The translations under genes and the position numbers were made by a program. A DNA stretch of 63,799 nucleotides, counting the filler, from Folioceros fuciformis (Eukaryota), in NCBI GenBank assembly GCA_049999805.1. It is 10 parts of 10 records of this genome, joined end to end, with 100 filler letters (N's around TTAATTAATTAA, not from the genome) between each part and the next. Parts side by side here need not be neighbours in the genome. Positions count along the whole stretch, not along the records: positions 62,645 to 63,799 come from JBNGIO010001368.1; 9 more parts are not named here. One strand, 5' to 3'. Under the pieces are notes generated by a model that made no database searches, was not told where the DNA came from, and saw nothing but the letters and a program-made list of their open reading frames with translations. This document shows positions 62,645-63,799 of the stretch, piece after piece. Each line of letters starts with the position of its first letter. The stretch's first letter is position 1.

Positions 62645-63799
62645 TTGGGCAGGCACAAGACGTTTAAGTTTAAGATTCGGCTTAAAACTTCTAAACCGGT
62701 TTTAAAAGGCCATATCGTTTGAGTAAAATGGAGAATGAAATTGTGGACAAGAATTGTCAAGAGCTGCTTGAAGCTGGATTGATAAGGTCTTCGGAGTCAG
62801 AGTATGCTACAACTATGGTGCTTCCACCAAAGAAGGATGCGCATGGCAATTGGACACAAAAGAGAATGTGTGGTGACTATAGGCCGCTTACTGAAGTGAC
62901 ACCTATGGACAGGTATCCAATGCCAACTCTAGAGGAAATTTTTGATCCAATTGGTGAATGTAAGATACTTTCAACATTGAATTTGAGGGGTGGTTTTAAT
63001 CAAATTGAAATTGAAGAGGAGGATAAGAAGAAGACTGCTTTTTGGGGTAATAGATGTTTGTGGGAATGGGTGGTTATCCCATTTGGGTTGAAGAGTGCTC
63101 CTAGTGCTTTTCAGAGAGCGATGGATCAAGCATTGAGGGGGTTGTCTTTGACTAGATGTTACATAAATGATATAATAATTTTTAGTAACAATGTGGAAAA
63201 ACATAAGGAGAATGTTAGGCGACTGTTGGATAGACTGAAGGAGGTTGGTTTGACATGTCATCCACAAAAGTGCAGGTTTGGATCCTCTAAGATAGCATAT
63301 TTGAGACATTTTATAGTGCCTAGGGGTACCATTTGACGTCAAGGTTGAAGCGATAGCAATATGATGCCACCTTCATATGTGGGAACTTTGGGCTCCTTTT
63401 TAGGATTGGTAAATTATTATCGCAATTTTGTGGCAAACCATAGTGTGGTGGTAAAACCGATGACAATGTTGTTAAAGAAAGATGCAGTGTGGGTTTGGGG
63501 AGAAGATCAGCAGAGGGCATTTAAGGAGATAAAGGACATTTCGATGAGCAAGCCTTTATTGACAAGACCCAATTTTGATAGAAAGTTCAAGTTATATATA
63601 GATTGGAGCAAACTTGGTTTGGCAGTAGTGCTGGCACAGGCTGATGAGAGTGGGTGGAGCATGTGGTAGCATATGCAAGCAGGAGTAACAATTCTGCAGA
63701 GAATTATTCCTCATATCATGGGGAATGTTTTGCGGCGGTATGGGCAGTATTGCATTTTAGGCCTTATTTGTATGGGGCTCAATTTAAGTTGGTGACGGA
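62645..63799 (+). mobile_element. Degenerate Ty3/gypsy pol (RT, RNase H)
   Basis: RMCGDYRPL, PFGLKSAPSAFQRAM, YIND (catalytic YIDD mutated), FLGLVNYYRNF, YIDWSKLGL; frameshifts. Confidence 0.93.

Overview
Compact, gene-dense land-plant nuclear DNA with short (~80-200 nt) introns, PLS-type PPR genes and an intronless neochrome. It is most consistent with a hornwort (inference). The window is 10 contigs joined by nine artificial 100-nt linkers (N44-TTAATTAATTAA-N44), so adjacency across gaps is not guaranteed. Genes: SAGA ADA1, P2B Ca2+-ATPase (partial), GH81 glucanase (partial), complex I B9/NDUFA3-like, POP5, two PLS-PPRs, cytosolic GluRS, snurportin-1 (partial), an atypical TCGPC thioredoxin, an EPF1/2-type peptide, TypA/BipA, neochrome (5'-partial phytochrome-phototropin chimera), FAD synthase, organellar LeuRS (partial), an L18a-like membrane protein and OS9. 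Decayed LINE, copia and gypsy fragments are also present. The standout is the neochrome. The fusion itself is a known family, but here LOV1 has Pro in place of the photoactive Cys, and a Gly-rich insert lies between LOV2 and the J-alpha helix. Also notable: five inferred GC-AG introns (three in LeuRS), a truncated WW-type DYW editing factor, and an abrupt AT shift inside the Ca-ATPase gene. I did not find a wholly new multi-gene system. All calls are by eye, without database searches.
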